A DNA stretch of 64,000 bases, taken from the NCBI GenBank assembly GCA_965204375.1, contig OZ241986.1, forward strand, positions 5,600,001-5,664,000. The letters run 5' to 3'. The translations under genes were made by a program, and so were the position numbers. The notes beneath the pieces are model-generated. The model was not told the origin of the DNA and searched no databases. It was given only the letters and a program-made list of their open reading frames with translations. The stretch is from Candidatus Latescibacterota bacterium (lineage in GTDB: Bacteria; Latescibacterota; UBA2968). Within the stretch, counting starts at the first letter, position 1, and each line of letters opens with the position of its first letter. Positions 1 to 9,133 of the stretch are shown in pieces.

Positions 1-633
1 TATTTCGCGTTTGTTGTGGGCAAATAAGTCGGGTTTTACGTCGAGGGCAATGGGGTTGACGAGATAATAGCGTCCAGAGATTTTAGCAGATGCTGTGGCG
101 ATGCCGGCGACGGGAAAATGGTAGCGGTGGTAGTCTGCGGGGGCCAATCGAATGACGAGTGCAGCGCCATTTCTATAGGGGATTGCGGATTCTTTTGATG
201 ATAGGAGGTGTGCAATATCGACATGGGATCCTTTGACTGGTAAACGGGTTTGTGCATTCAGTTTGGGATATGCGAGTACTTTTCCGTCGGCGGGTGAACA
301 GAAGATGTGGGGATCTGCGATAAAGGGGCGTGCGTCGGGTTTGAGTTTGCGCGAGAAAAAGGCGTTTAGATTTTTGTATTGGTTCAGGGGCAATTCGATT
401 TCGTCGAGGTTGATGTCGTATTTTTGGACGAATGGTTGGATTTTTTTTTGCGATCCCGATAGGTCCATCCATTTGCCGAGTAGCCAGCAAAATGGGTATG
501 TGTTCAGGAGGATGTTGTATATAAATATCGCGATGCGAGATCGCGCAACAGCATATTGAACGCGGGGCAATATGAGCGGTTCGGAGATCATTTCATCTGT
601 TTTGCGGTTGCGATAGGTTATTTGCTCGGTCAT
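1..633 (-). CDS. psd: phosphatidylserine decarboxylase proenzyme (3' end runs off the window)
   Basis: Not in the ORF track. Manual translation from the ATG at 633 gives MTEQITYRNRKT...FFSRKLKPDARP...CSPADGK...RLAPADYHRYHFP...VNPIAL, the typical PSD motifs. Confidence 0.9.
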   Translation of the reverse strand, partial: MTEQITYRNRKTDEMISEPLILPRVQYAVARSRIAIFIYNILLNTYPFCWLLGKWMDLSGSQKKIQPFVQKYDINLDEIELPLNQYKNLNAFFSRKLKPDARPFIADPHIFCSPADGKVLAYPKLNAQTRLPVKGSHVDIAHLLSSKESAIPYRNGAALVIRLAPADYHRYHFPVAGIATASAKISGRYYLVNPIALDVKPDLFAHNKREI

Positions 634-652
634 GGGTGAGGTGTGCCTGAAG

Positions 653-1300
653 CTATGTGAAAGATTTGGGCCAAAATTTTTCTGGCCGGGTTTCAAAGGT
701 CATGCGTTCCTTTTTTGTCGGGTGCGTTATGGTCAGGGCCTGTGCGTGGAGGGCGATGGCGCGGTTGGGAAATGGTTTGCGCGATCCGTACTTAAAGTCG
801 CCCATTACGGGGTGGCCTATGTCCGCGAGTTGTACGCGTATTTGATGATGGCGCCCGGTGGCGAGGTCCACGCGCACTGAGGATATGCCTTTGTGGTATG
901 CCAGTCGCTCGTACGTGAGTTCTGCGCGTTGTCCATGAGGGGCGTTTACGATGCGGCTTTTTGTCTGTCGCCGCGCGATGTGGTTTACGAGGTGGCCGTT
1001 TTCGGGAATTTTGCCGTGGACGAGAGCGATATAGCGTTTTTCTACGGTTCGCTCTCGAAATTGTTGCGATAAGCGGCGCGCTGATGTCGATGTGCGCGCA
1101 AAGACGACGACACCTGATACGGGACGGTCCAATCGGTGTACGAGTCCGAGAAATACGTTGCCGGGTTTGTTGAATTTGACTTTGAGATAGGCTTTGCCTA
1201 TGTCCAGCAAGTTTTCGTCGCCGGTGTGGTTGCCCTGTACGAGTATGCCAGCGGGTTTGCGTACGACCAGCAGGTGATTGTCGAGGTAGAGGATGTCCAT
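653..1300 (-). CDS. RluA-family pseudouridine synthase
   Basis: KPAG, VHRLDRPVSG (catalytic Asp), TGRHHQIRVQL, HPVMGD and LHA motifs. Confidence 0.93.
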   Translation of the reverse strand: MDILYLDNHLLVVRKPAGILVQGNHTGDENLLDIGKAYLKVKFNKPGNVFLGLVHRLDRPVSGVVVFARTSTSARRLSQQFRERTVEKRYIALVHGKIPENGHLVNHIARRQTKSRIVNAPHGQRAELTYERLAYHKGISSVRVDLATGRHHQIRVQLADIGHPVMGDFKYGSRKPFPNRAIALHAQALTITHPTKKERMTFETRPEKFWPKSFT

Positions 1301-1417
1301 TGTGATTGAAATTTACATGCTAAATAGTAAATGCGCAACTGATGTGGGCATTTTGCGGTTGACCGCAGGATGTGAATGGGATAGCTTGCAGCGGTTGGTG
1401 GATGGTGGTTTAGCTTC

Positions 1418-2872
1418 TTGCGAGAGATGAAGATGAAAAATTTTTTTGTTTTGTTCATGATAGTCAGCGCGCCTCTCAGTGCAGATGAAAGTCTTCATCG
1501 GGCTGCGATTGATGCGATGGTTGTGGCGACGCGCTATTTTCGCACCGATGTTGCGTCTCATGGCGGTTATCTGTGGCGGTATAAGACCGATTTTTCTATG
1601 CGCGAGGGCGAGGGTACGGCGTCGCCTTCGACGATCTGGGTGCAGCCGCCGGGTACGCCTGCTGTGGGTATGGCGTTTTTGGAGGCGTATGAGGCTACGG
1701 GCGATACGCTGTTTCTCAATGGTGCTGTTGAGACGGCACGCGCGCTTGTGTGGGGACAACTCGCTTCTGGCGGTTGGGATTATCGCATTGATTTTGATGC
1801 CGAAGGAAGTAAGCGCTGGCACTTTCGGCGCGATGTGGAACGGGGCGATGTGCATAGGGGTGATCGCCGCAATCGCACGACGCTTGACGATAATAATACG
1901 CAGAGTGCCTTGCAATTGTTGATGCGGGTGGATAAGGTGCAAAATTTTGAGGATGGGGATATTCACGCGGCGGTGCTATTTGGTCTCGATGCGCTTCTCA
2001 AGGCGCAGTATCCAAATGGCGCGTGGCCGCAGCGGTTTGAGGTTTTTCCCGATTTGGAAAAATTTCCGGTGAAGAGGGCGCGTTATCCCGAAACGTGGTC
2101 GCGGACCTATCCCAATACGCGGTATTTGGATTATTATACGTTTAATGATAATGCGATTGCCGATGTGATCGAGACGATGGTTGAGGCGTACGATGTTTAC
2201 GGGGATGATCGCTTTCTCGATGCGGCTAAGCGCGGTGGCGATTTTATTATTCTGGCGCAGATGCCCGAGCCACAGCCCGCGTGGGCGCAGCAGTATAATC
2301 TGGATATGGAGCCGACATGGGCGCGTCGTTTTGAGCCGCCTTCTGTTACAGGTGGCGAGAGTTTTGGGGTTTTGCAAATGCTTTTGGATTTGTATTTGGC
2401 GACTGGGGAGGAACGCTTTTTGGATCCGATTCCCAGTGCGCTGGATTGGGCAAAACGCTCGCGTTTGCCCGATGGTCGCCTGGCGCGGTTTTACGAGCTT
2501 CAGACCAATCGCCCGCTGTTTTTTACCCGCGATTATGTGCTTACGTATGACGATTCGGATTTGCCCACGCATTATGCGTTTAAGGTGAGTGGAAATCGGA
2601 TTGAGAGGGTTGAGGTTCTGTACAATCGCGTGATGGCAGAGGGGCGGGAGAAGATTTTATCTGAGCGCGGGCGCGTTACAAGCCCGGGTGCTGATCGCGT
2701 GAAAGAAGTTATTGACGCGCTCGATGACCGGGGTCGCTGGGTCGAGCAGGGGACGTTGAGAAATCCAGAGAACCGGCGCGAGCGCATTGAGGCGGAGATT
2801 CTTTCGTGTCGCACTTTTATTCGAAATCTGAGCTTGCTGGCGCGTTATGTGAGAAGTGTGATCCGCAGATGA
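1418..2872 (+). CDS. secreted pectate lyase-like protein (PL10/PelA-type)
   Basis: Signal-peptide-like N-terminus; QYPNGAWPQ, TFNDNA, WAQQY...ARRFEPP motifs. True start may be 1427 or 1433. Confidence 0.75.
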   Translation: MREMKMKNFFVLFMIVSAPLSADESLHRAAIDAMVVATRYFRTDVASHGGYLWRYKTDFSMREGEGTASPSTIWVQPPGTPAVGMAFLEAYEATGDTLFLNGAVETARALVWGQLASGGWDYRIDFDAEGSKRWHFRRDVERGDVHRGDRRNRTTLDDNNTQSALQLLMRVDKVQNFEDGDIHAAVLFGLDALLKAQYPNGAWPQRFEVFPDLEKFPVKRARYPETWSRTYPNTRYLDYYTFNDNAIADVIETMVEAYDVYGDDRFLDAAKRGGDFIILAQMPEPQPAWAQQYNLDMEPTWARRFEPPSVTGGESFGVLQMLLDLYLATGEERFLDPIPSALDWAKRSRLPDGRLARFYELQTNRPLFFTRDYVLTYDDSDLPTHYAFKVSGNRIERVEVLYNRVMAEGREKILSERGRVTSPGADRVKEVIDALDDRGRWVEQGTLRNPENRRERIEAEILSCRTFIRNLSLLARYVRSVIRR

Positions 2873-2890
2873 ACGCAGATGAACGCAGAT
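2861..2890 (+). repeat. short tandem repeat (CGCAGATGAA)x~3, a dispersed family
   Basis: atccgcagatgaacgcagatgaacgcagat; near-identical copy at 57691-57720 and a partial copy near 33783. Confidence 0.8.
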
Positions 2891-2920
2891 TTGTAAACGC
2901 AATACAAATAAGGAGATGCT

Positions 2921-3841
2921 ATGCCCGAACTCGAAACGCGACGTCTTGGTCGCACTGAACTTAAACCTAAAGCGATTGGTCTTGGTTGTGCTTTTCTCGG
3001 TAGTCCGCAGCGGGTTGCCGATGATGAGGGGATTGCGACTGTGCGAGAGGCGATTGATCGGGGGATTAATTTTATCGATACGTCTGCTGCTTATGGCGGG
3101 GGCGAGAGCGAGCGGCGCGTGGGTCTGGCGCTTCAAGGGGGGTACCGGGAGAAGGTTTATTTGCAGACTAAGGCGGGTACCCATCGGGATAGGCGGCACG
3201 ATTTTTCGGCCGAGTCGATCCGGTGGACGGTGGAGAATAGTCTTAGACAACTCAAGACGGATTATATCGATGCGGTGCTTATCCACGATCCACGGGATAT
3301 TGAAGAGGCTTATTCCCCGGGGTATGCTTCGGATGAGCTTTTGAAGATGCGGGATGAGGGGCTGATCGGATATACGGGTGTTGGCTGTCGTTCGCACGAT
3401 TTTCACCGCTATGCGATTGAGACGGGGGGTTGCGATATTGTGATTACGTTTCTCGATTATACGTTGCTGAGTCAGACGGCTGCACAGACGACGATTCCTC
3501 TCGCGCTTGAACACGATGTGGGTGTTATTCTGGCGAGTGTGCAGGGTATGGGCTTGCTGGCGGGTCCCAGGCCCGATGTCGAGTTGTCTGGCCGCCGGTA
3601 TCCGGGACAGGGTGATCGCGCTGTTGCGATGTGGGAGTGGTGCAATGCGCGTGGGATTAGTATTCGCCGATTCGCTCTGCAGTTTTGTCTGGCTGCACCT
3701 TTAAATGGAAATGGTATGCTTCTGGTGGGACCAGCTTCTCCCCAAGAACTCGACGAGGTGCTCTCCGATGCCACCGCCGATGTCGATCTCGATCTGTGGG
3801 GGGAATTTGAGAGGACGTTTGGCGTGGGGTTGGAAGTGTGA
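2921..3841 (+). CDS. aldo/keto reductase
   Basis: RRLGRT...IGLG, GINFIDTSAAYG...SE, SLRQLKTDYIDAVLIH; AAGGAG RBS. Confidence 0.92.
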   Translation: MPELETRRLGRTELKPKAIGLGCAFLGSPQRVADDEGIATVREAIDRGINFIDTSAAYGGGESERRVGLALQGGYREKVYLQTKAGTHRDRRHDFSAESIRWTVENSLRQLKTDYIDAVLIHDPRDIEEAYSPGYASDELLKMRDEGLIGYTGVGCRSHDFHRYAIETGGCDIVITFLDYTLLSQTAAQTTIPLALEHDVGVILASVQGMGLLAGPRPDVELSGRRYPGQGDRAVAMWEWCNARGISIRRFALQFCLAAPLNGNGMLLVGPASPQELDEVLSDATADVDLDLWGEFERTFGVGLEV

Positions 3842-3885
3842 AGTGGGATACAGGTGAGACGTTAAAGACCGTCCAGTGTATAATT

Positions 3886-3970
3886 GTAGGGGCGGGTCCC
3901 CGTGCCCGCCCGTCATCGCGGCAGGATTAAAGCCGCGATTCAGTATTTGTTGTAGGGGCGACCCCTTGTG
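3886..3970. repeat. cluster of GTAG-type REP copies plus a GTCATCGCGGC palindrome
   Basis: GTAGGGGCG cores at 3886 and 3952, matching the REPs around the RAYT gene; hairpin atcgcggc...gccgcgat within 3910-3943. Confidence 0.7.
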
Positions 3971-3983
3971 GATATCTAACAAC

Positions 3984-4205
3984 ATGGCAACCAGCAGAAC
4001 CTTTTACAAATATCACTTTAAGTTGGGCAATCGTATTGTCCACACAGGCATCACCAGAGACATTGATCGCCGCGAGGCCGAGCATCAGCGAAAACCCGGC
4101 TGGAGCAGAGGCCACATTTTTCAGGTCGGTTTTCGTACCACCCGAGAAGCTGCGCTACAATGGGAAGCGGAACAACGGCGACTGGGCAAGCCAACAGGGC
4201 CGTAA
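3984..4205 (+). CDS. minimal (73 aa) GIY-YIG-like protein
   Basis: YKY...VHTGITRDIDRREAEH...AALQWE matches the GIY/YIG/R/E spacing. ATG 3984 preferred over 3876, whose extension is REP DNA. Confidence 0.6.
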   Translation: MATSRTFYKYHFKLGNRIVHTGITRDIDRREAEHQRKPGWSRGHIFQVGFRTTREAALQWEAEQRRLGKPTGP

Positions 4206-4224
4206 TGTCTGAGAAAATCCCCTA

Positions 4225-4653
4225 ATGGAGTATGCTATGATATCGCCCCTGAAGAAGATTTTGTTCCATCAGGGCGGACTGAAGCACCTTCGCACCCCCC
4301 AAGATGAGACGGCTGAATTTTTGGTGCGACACCGCAATCTGGATGTGGGGCATCTCACGCTTCGAGGCGGAAAGTGGCATTTCGAGTACACGGAAAGTTT
4401 CCGGGGAAAGAAAGACATCTGCCCAATCATAGACTTCCCGCATCTCGACAAACACTACGAATCTGATGTATTGTGGCCGTTTTTCGTGATTCGCATTCCC
4501 GGCTTAGGACAACCGGCTATTCAGCGCGTGATCCGCGAGGAGAATCTCGACCCACACAATGAAGTCCAACTGCTCAAGCGTTTTGGCAAAACCACAATTG
4601 CCAATCCGTTTATCTTGATCCCCAAAGACAATCCCGCCAAACCCGAAGAGTGA
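4225..4653 (+). CDS. HipA N-terminal (couple_hipA/HipS-like) domain protein with no adjacent kinase
   Basis: VGHLTL...WHFEY...FP...YESDVLWPFF.RIP pattern. Confidence 0.7.
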   Translation: MEYAMISPLKKILFHQGGLKHLRTPQDETAEFLVRHRNLDVGHLTLRGGKWHFEYTESFRGKKDICPIIDFPHLDKHYESDVLWPFFVIRIPGLGQPAIQRVIREENLDPHNEVQLLKRFGKTTIANPFILIPKDNPAKPEE

Positions 4654-4673
4654 TTATCTCCTTCAAGCTATTT

Positions 4674-4714
4674 AAAGCCCAACGGCATCTTCTAAACCGT
4701 TGGGCTTTTTCTTT
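4674..4714 (+). terminator. rho-independent terminator
   Basis: Stem aaagcccaacgg/ccgttgggcttt followed by a T tract. Confidence 0.8.
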
Positions 4715-4904
4715 TGGGGCTTCACTGATGGTTTCAGTAGATTTGTTGCTGAGCATGAGAGCAGAGGACCACGAGCAAAATCGGTCTTGATAAATTCCGA
4801 TTCTCAATGTATTCTGATTGGGAATGCGACAGAAGACAGCGAGTAATTTGAGCTATCCAGCGAGTCTGATAACCTGAAATGGACACAGTCGGTTTGAATA
4901 TAGC

Positions 4905-5114
4905 TCAAGTCGGCGGAGGTTGCATTTCCGGCTCTTTCAACACTTGGTCGAGTGAAACCCGACCCGATTCAATGGCCAGAACGGCTCTTAGAACGTGCAG
5001 TTCAAACATCATTTCATCGTCGGGAAATTCAGATCTGACTTGATGGCATATTTGATCCAGATGCACGTTTTTGATGCCGGTTCGGCGTGCAGCCCTGAGA
5101 TAGTCAAACATCAT
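4905..5114 (-). CDS. small hypothetical protein, possible antitoxin for the upstream PIN protein
   Basis: 69-aa ORF starting 11 bp after the PIN stop, with an AAGGA RBS. Confidence 0.5.
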   Translation of the reverse strand: MMFDYLRAARRTGIKNVHLDQICHQVRSEFPDDEMMFELHVLRAVLAIESGRVSLDQVLKEPEMQPPPT

Positions 5115-5125
5115 AATTGGAATCC

Positions 5126-5572
5126 TTAAACCTCGGGTGGTGCAATAATTTCTATCGTGGGGTATCCGTTAAAAATGTTGACTTCATTGACCCTTGCCCG
5201 GCGGCGGTTGACCAGATGCCTGAAATTCCAGCTTACCAGAATATCCTGGCGAGAAATTGTAGCGGTAGCAACATGAAGTGCATCGTTCAAAGTTGCGGGA
5301 GAAAAAATACCGTTTTCCAGATAAAGGTTTGCAAGATACTCGACCGAATCGTCAATTGGGACAAGAATTAAATTGCCAATGTGGTTTAGCATCTGATTTT
5401 TGCGGGTTTCATCCTGGGTATTCTGGATCTCTGTTTTTGTGAGTTCAGAGATGCTGAACTCATGCTCAACCGACAGTTTCCAGAATGCAACTGTGTCTTT
5501 TTGTCTTTCGGGATATCGGTCATCAAAATAGGTGCTGACAACCGAAGTATCCAAATATATCTTAAGTGCCAA
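5126..5572 (-). CDS. PIN-domain (VapC-like) ribonuclease
   Basis: IYLDTSVV...E...DALHVATA...LVSWNFRH acidic PIN pattern; TTG start at 5572 with AGGAG RBS. Confidence 0.85.
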   Translation of the reverse strand: MALKIYLDTSVVSTYFDDRYPERQKDTVAFWKLSVEHEFSISELTKTEIQNTQDETRKNQMLNHIGNLILVPIDDSVEYLANLYLENGIFSPATLNDALHVATATISRQDILVSWNFRHLVNRRRARVNEVNIFNGYPTIEIIAPPEV

Positions 5573-5686
5573 ACGATTCTCCTGTTTGTTACAAATATAC
5601 AAAAAAAAGAGACCAAGACAAAGGGCGAGCTAATTGGTCATTCACAAGGTCCTCCTACAACAAGGACATATAACAAAGGAATACAC

Positions 5687-6433
5687 ATGAAAAAAATTCT
5701 CATTACAGGCATGAGTGGGCTTATTGGCGGGGCTGTTCGCGAGCAGCTTGAGGGCAAGTATGAGTTGCGTGCGCTCAATCGCCGCGATGTGGCTGGGGTG
5801 GATTGTCGTCGCGCTGATATTTCGGATTTTGACGCGATTTGTCCTGCGTTTGAGGGGGTTGATACGGTTGTGCATCTGGCTGCTGCGATTAGAAGCGATT
5901 TTGAGGGGTTTGTCGCGCACAATATCGTGGGGACTTATAATGTTTTTGAAGCGGCACTTTGCGCCGGGGTCAAGCGCGTTATTTTTGCCAGTAGCGGTTC
6001 GGTGACAGCGGGTTGGGAGAATGATTCGCCTTATGATGCGATTGTGTCGGGGCGATACGATGAGGTGCCCGAGTCTTGGGATAAGTTTTCACACAGGACG
6101 CCTACGCGCCCGCGCGGGATTTACGGCTGTACAAAGGTCTGGGGCGAGGCTTTGGCACGGCATTATGCCGATAGTACGGATCTGTCTGTTATTTGTCTGC
6201 GTATTGGTGCGGTGAATGCCGAGGATCGGCCCAATGGGACGCGCGGTTATTCTGTGTGGTGCAGTCAAAGTACGATTGCTGGCATGGTTGAGTCGTGTAT
6301 TGAGGTGTCCGCTGATCTCAAGTTTGATATTTTTTATGTTGTTTCGAATAATAAGTACAGTTATCGGGATATGACGCATGCGCGCGATGTGCTGGGTTTT
6401 GAACCCGAGGGTGATGCGGAGGCGTATCGGTGA
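5687..6433 (+). CDS. NAD-dependent epimerase/dehydratase (uronate dehydrogenase-like)
   Basis: ITGMSGLIG Rossmann motif, VHLAA, YGCTK (YxxxK); ATG 5687. Confidence 0.88.
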   Translation: MKKILITGMSGLIGGAVREQLEGKYELRALNRRDVAGVDCRRADISDFDAICPAFEGVDTVVHLAAAIRSDFEGFVAHNIVGTYNVFEAALCAGVKRVIFASSGSVTAGWENDSPYDAIVSGRYDEVPESWDKFSHRTPTRPRGIYGCTKVWGEALARHYADSTDLSVICLRIGAVNAEDRPNGTRGYSVWCSQSTIAGMVESCIEVSADLKFDIFYVVSNNKYSYRDMTHARDVLGFEPEGDAEAYR

Positions 6434-7107
6434 ATTATACCACTATTTTTTTTGATGGGTATGGGACGCTTTTTGACAAGGCGTTTGACGCGCTGTACGA
6501 GACGTGTCAGGTTATTGTCGATGATTTGCAGATCGATATGAGCAAGGAGGCGTTTCTCGATCACTGGGACCGCTACTTTTTTCCCCTGTTGAGAGAGGGG
6601 GATTTTATTTCGTTTTGGGATGCGCATATTATCGGTCTGGAGAAGACGTTTGCGGATTTGAATGTGCGGGGGAATCCCGAGTCTTATATGACAGGTCTTT
6701 TTGACGCTTTTGGCCGCGTGCCCGTGTTTTGCGATGTGAAACCGGCTATTGATGCATTGTCCGATGTGAAAACCGGGGTGATTTCCAATGCGGATCACGA
6801 GCATCTTACTTTGGCTTTGCGTGCGAATGAGCTGAGTTTTCCGGTTGTGATTAGTTCGGAGTCCGCACGGTGTTACAAGCCGAATCCCGATATTTTCTTT
6901 TCTGCTTTTGAGGCTCTCGGTGCCGATCCCGATCAGACTCTGTATGTCGGAGATTCTCAGGAGGACGATATTGTGGGGGCAAGGCGGGCGGGTATTTCCG
7001 TTGCGTGGCTCAATCGGGATGGGGCTGTGCGGCGGGATGGTATTCCGGAGCCTGATTATGAGATCAGTAGTTTATCGGCGTTGTGCAATATTCTTGGAGA
7101 GGAATGA
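6430..7107 (+). CDS. HAD-superfamily hydrolase
   Basis: FDGYGTL (motif I), SN, KP, GDSQEDD motifs; GTGA overlap with the upstream stop. Confidence 0.9.
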   Translation: MNYTTIFFDGYGTLFDKAFDALYETCQVIVDDLQIDMSKEAFLDHWDRYFFPLLREGDFISFWDAHIIGLEKTFADLNVRGNPESYMTGLFDAFGRVPVFCDVKPAIDALSDVKTGVISNADHEHLTLALRANELSFPVVISSESARCYKPNPDIFFSAFEALGADPDQTLYVGDSQEDDIVGARRAGISVAWLNRDGAVRRDGIPEPDYEISSLSALCNILGEE

Positions 7108-7910
7108 TGCAACCGACTGAAATGGAAGAGTATCTTTTTGATTTGCGCGGTTATATTGTGCTCAAGAATGCCGTGGATGCCGGACATCTCGTCGCGCTCA
7201 ATGAGATTATCGATACGTATGACGATCTCGAACCCGATGGATGGCGGGGGTGGGTTCATCGGAGCGGGGGCGCACGACATTTGCACAATATTTTTGAGAT
7301 GGGTGAATCTTTTGAACGCTTGATTGACCATCCGTCGTGGATTCATCACATGAGGCGTTTTGTCGGTGGGGATGATGGTCTTTTTATAGATGAATCATTT
7401 ATCGATATTCGGTCTCGGGGCGGTGCGACGCGCATTCATTCGGGCGCGCACAAGCGGCGTATCCGCACGCAGTTTCGCTTTCACAATAATCAGTTTCGGT
7501 GTGGGCAGATCAATATTTTGCTGGCGCTTAACGATATTGGGGATGGCGATGGGGCGACGATGGCGATTCCCGGTTCGCATAAGTCCAATTTGCTTCATCC
7601 CGCGTTTGAGGATCCCAAGGGTACGGGTAGTGGGCATTCGCTGGATCGCGTTGAAGCGGCTGTTCAAATTCAGCTCGATGCGGGTGATGCGATTTTTTTC
7701 GTGGATTGTATGGCGCACGGTTCGTCAGAGCGCACGCGCTCCGGGGAGCGTCGCGTTGCTATTATTCGCTATGGTCCGCACTGGGGCAATGATCGATATG
7801 GCTATCAGCCTTCGCCCGAGTTGATTGCGCGTTTGACGCCCGAACGACGTAAAATTGTTCAACCCCTGCCGCCCAAGATGCCGCCGGGTGTGCAGTGCGT
7901 AAGTTATTGA
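7104..7910 (+). CDS. PhyH-family Fe(II)/2-oxoglutarate enzyme with an HxG motif
   Basis: FDLRGYIVL, IHSG, GATMAIPGSH, GDAIFF...HGS...RR. Confidence 0.85.
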   Translation: MMQPTEMEEYLFDLRGYIVLKNAVDAGHLVALNEIIDTYDDLEPDGWRGWVHRSGGARHLHNIFEMGESFERLIDHPSWIHHMRRFVGGDDGLFIDESFIDIRSRGGATRIHSGAHKRRIRTQFRFHNNQFRCGQINILLALNDIGDGDGATMAIPGSHKSNLLHPAFEDPKGTGSGHSLDRVEAAVQIQLDAGDAIFFVDCMAHGSSERTRSGERRVAIIRYGPHWGNDRYGYQPSPELIARLTPERRKIVQPLPPKMPPGVQCVSY

Positions 7911-7922
7911 GGAGTTACCCAC

Positions 7923-9113
7923 ATGATGAAAAATGGACATGCCCCTCTCGCCCGTTTTACTGTGCTCGATTTGACCCGCGTGCGTGCGGGTCCTACTGCT
8001 GTGCGTCAGCTCGCGGATTGGGGTGCGAATATTATTAAAATTGAGCCGCCCGAAAATATTGACGAGGCAAAGACTATGGGGGGACCGCGTCACGGGCCGG
8101 ATTTTCAGAATTTGCACCGGAACAAACGCGGGATGACCTTGAATCTCAAAGCCGATGTGGGACGCGAGGCGTTTTTCCGTATGGTTAAGCGCGCGGATGT
8201 GGTTGTGGAGAATTTTCGACCCGATGTCAAAGATCGCCTCGATATAGGGTATGAGAGGTGTAAGAGGGAAAATCCGGGTATTGTGTACGCGAGTATTTCG
8301 GGGTTTGGGCAGGAGGGGCCGTACAGGTTGCGACCGGGTTTTGATCAGATTGCACAGGGTATGGGGGGGTTGATGTGGATTACGGGTTTGCCGGGGCAAG
8401 GTCCGGTGCGCGTCGGGGTGCCGATTGCAGATCTCGCTTCTGGTTTGTACACCGCTATTGGTATTCTCACGGCTTTGCTTCAGCGCGAGGAGACCGGGGA
8501 GGGGCAGTGGGTGCATACGTCGTTGTTGGAAGCGCAAATTGCGATGCTGGATTTTCAGGCGGCGCGATGGTTGATTGCAAATGAGGTGCCAGAGCAGGCG
8601 GGTAATAATCATCCCACGAGTATTCCGACGGGTGTGTTTCAGACCCGCGATGGGTATATCAATATTGCCTGTAGCGGGGAGCTTATGTGGCAGCGTTTGT
8701 GCGATGTGCTGGGTGCTGGAGATTTGTACAGGGATGAGAGGTTTTCCAATGGCGGAGTGCGGTTGAGAAATCGGGATGCGCTGAATGAGTGTTTGCAAGA
8801 GCATTTTGCGACGCGAGATAGTGCCCATTGGATTGATGCGCTGAATGCCGCGGGTGTGCCGTGTGGGCCGATTTATAAGATGGACGAGATGTGGTCCGAT
8901 CCACAGGTTGCGCATTTGAAGATGTCGCGTTCGGTGAATCACAGTGTTATGGGGGATTGCGATGTGGTGAGGAATGCGACGAATTTGAGTAATGCGCCAG
9001 ACTTGCCCTACAGGGCGTCGCCCGAACGGGGTGAGCATACGGATGAGATTTTGCGCGAGTTTGGATTTTCAAAAGATGAAATTGCGGCTATGAAAGAGGA
9101 GAATGTCGTTTGA
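7923..9113 (+). CDS. class III CoA transferase (CaiB/BaiF)
   Basis: VLDLTRVRAGP, RNKRG, DVVVENFRP, GFDQIAQ. Confidence 0.95.
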   Translation: MMKNGHAPLARFTVLDLTRVRAGPTAVRQLADWGANIIKIEPPENIDEAKTMGGPRHGPDFQNLHRNKRGMTLNLKADVGREAFFRMVKRADVVVENFRPDVKDRLDIGYERCKRENPGIVYASISGFGQEGPYRLRPGFDQIAQGMGGLMWITGLPGQGPVRVGVPIADLASGLYTAIGILTALLQREETGEGQWVHTSLLEAQIAMLDFQAARWLIANEVPEQAGNNHPTSIPTGVFQTRDGYINIACSGELMWQRLCDVLGAGDLYRDERFSNGGVRLRNRDALNECLQEHFATRDSAHWIDALNAAGVPCGPIYKMDEMWSDPQVAHLKMSRSVNHSVMGDCDVVRNATNLSNAPDLPYRASPERGEHTDEILREFGFSKDEIAAMKEENVV

Positions 9114-9133
9114 TGTTCTCTGTGGGGTATTCA

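Noticed and set aside
7725-9038. Long antisense ORFs (e.g. 7725-9038, 24485-25624, 34308-35813, 44759-45790)
   Set aside because: Shadow frames opposite well-supported genes, with no motifs or RBS.
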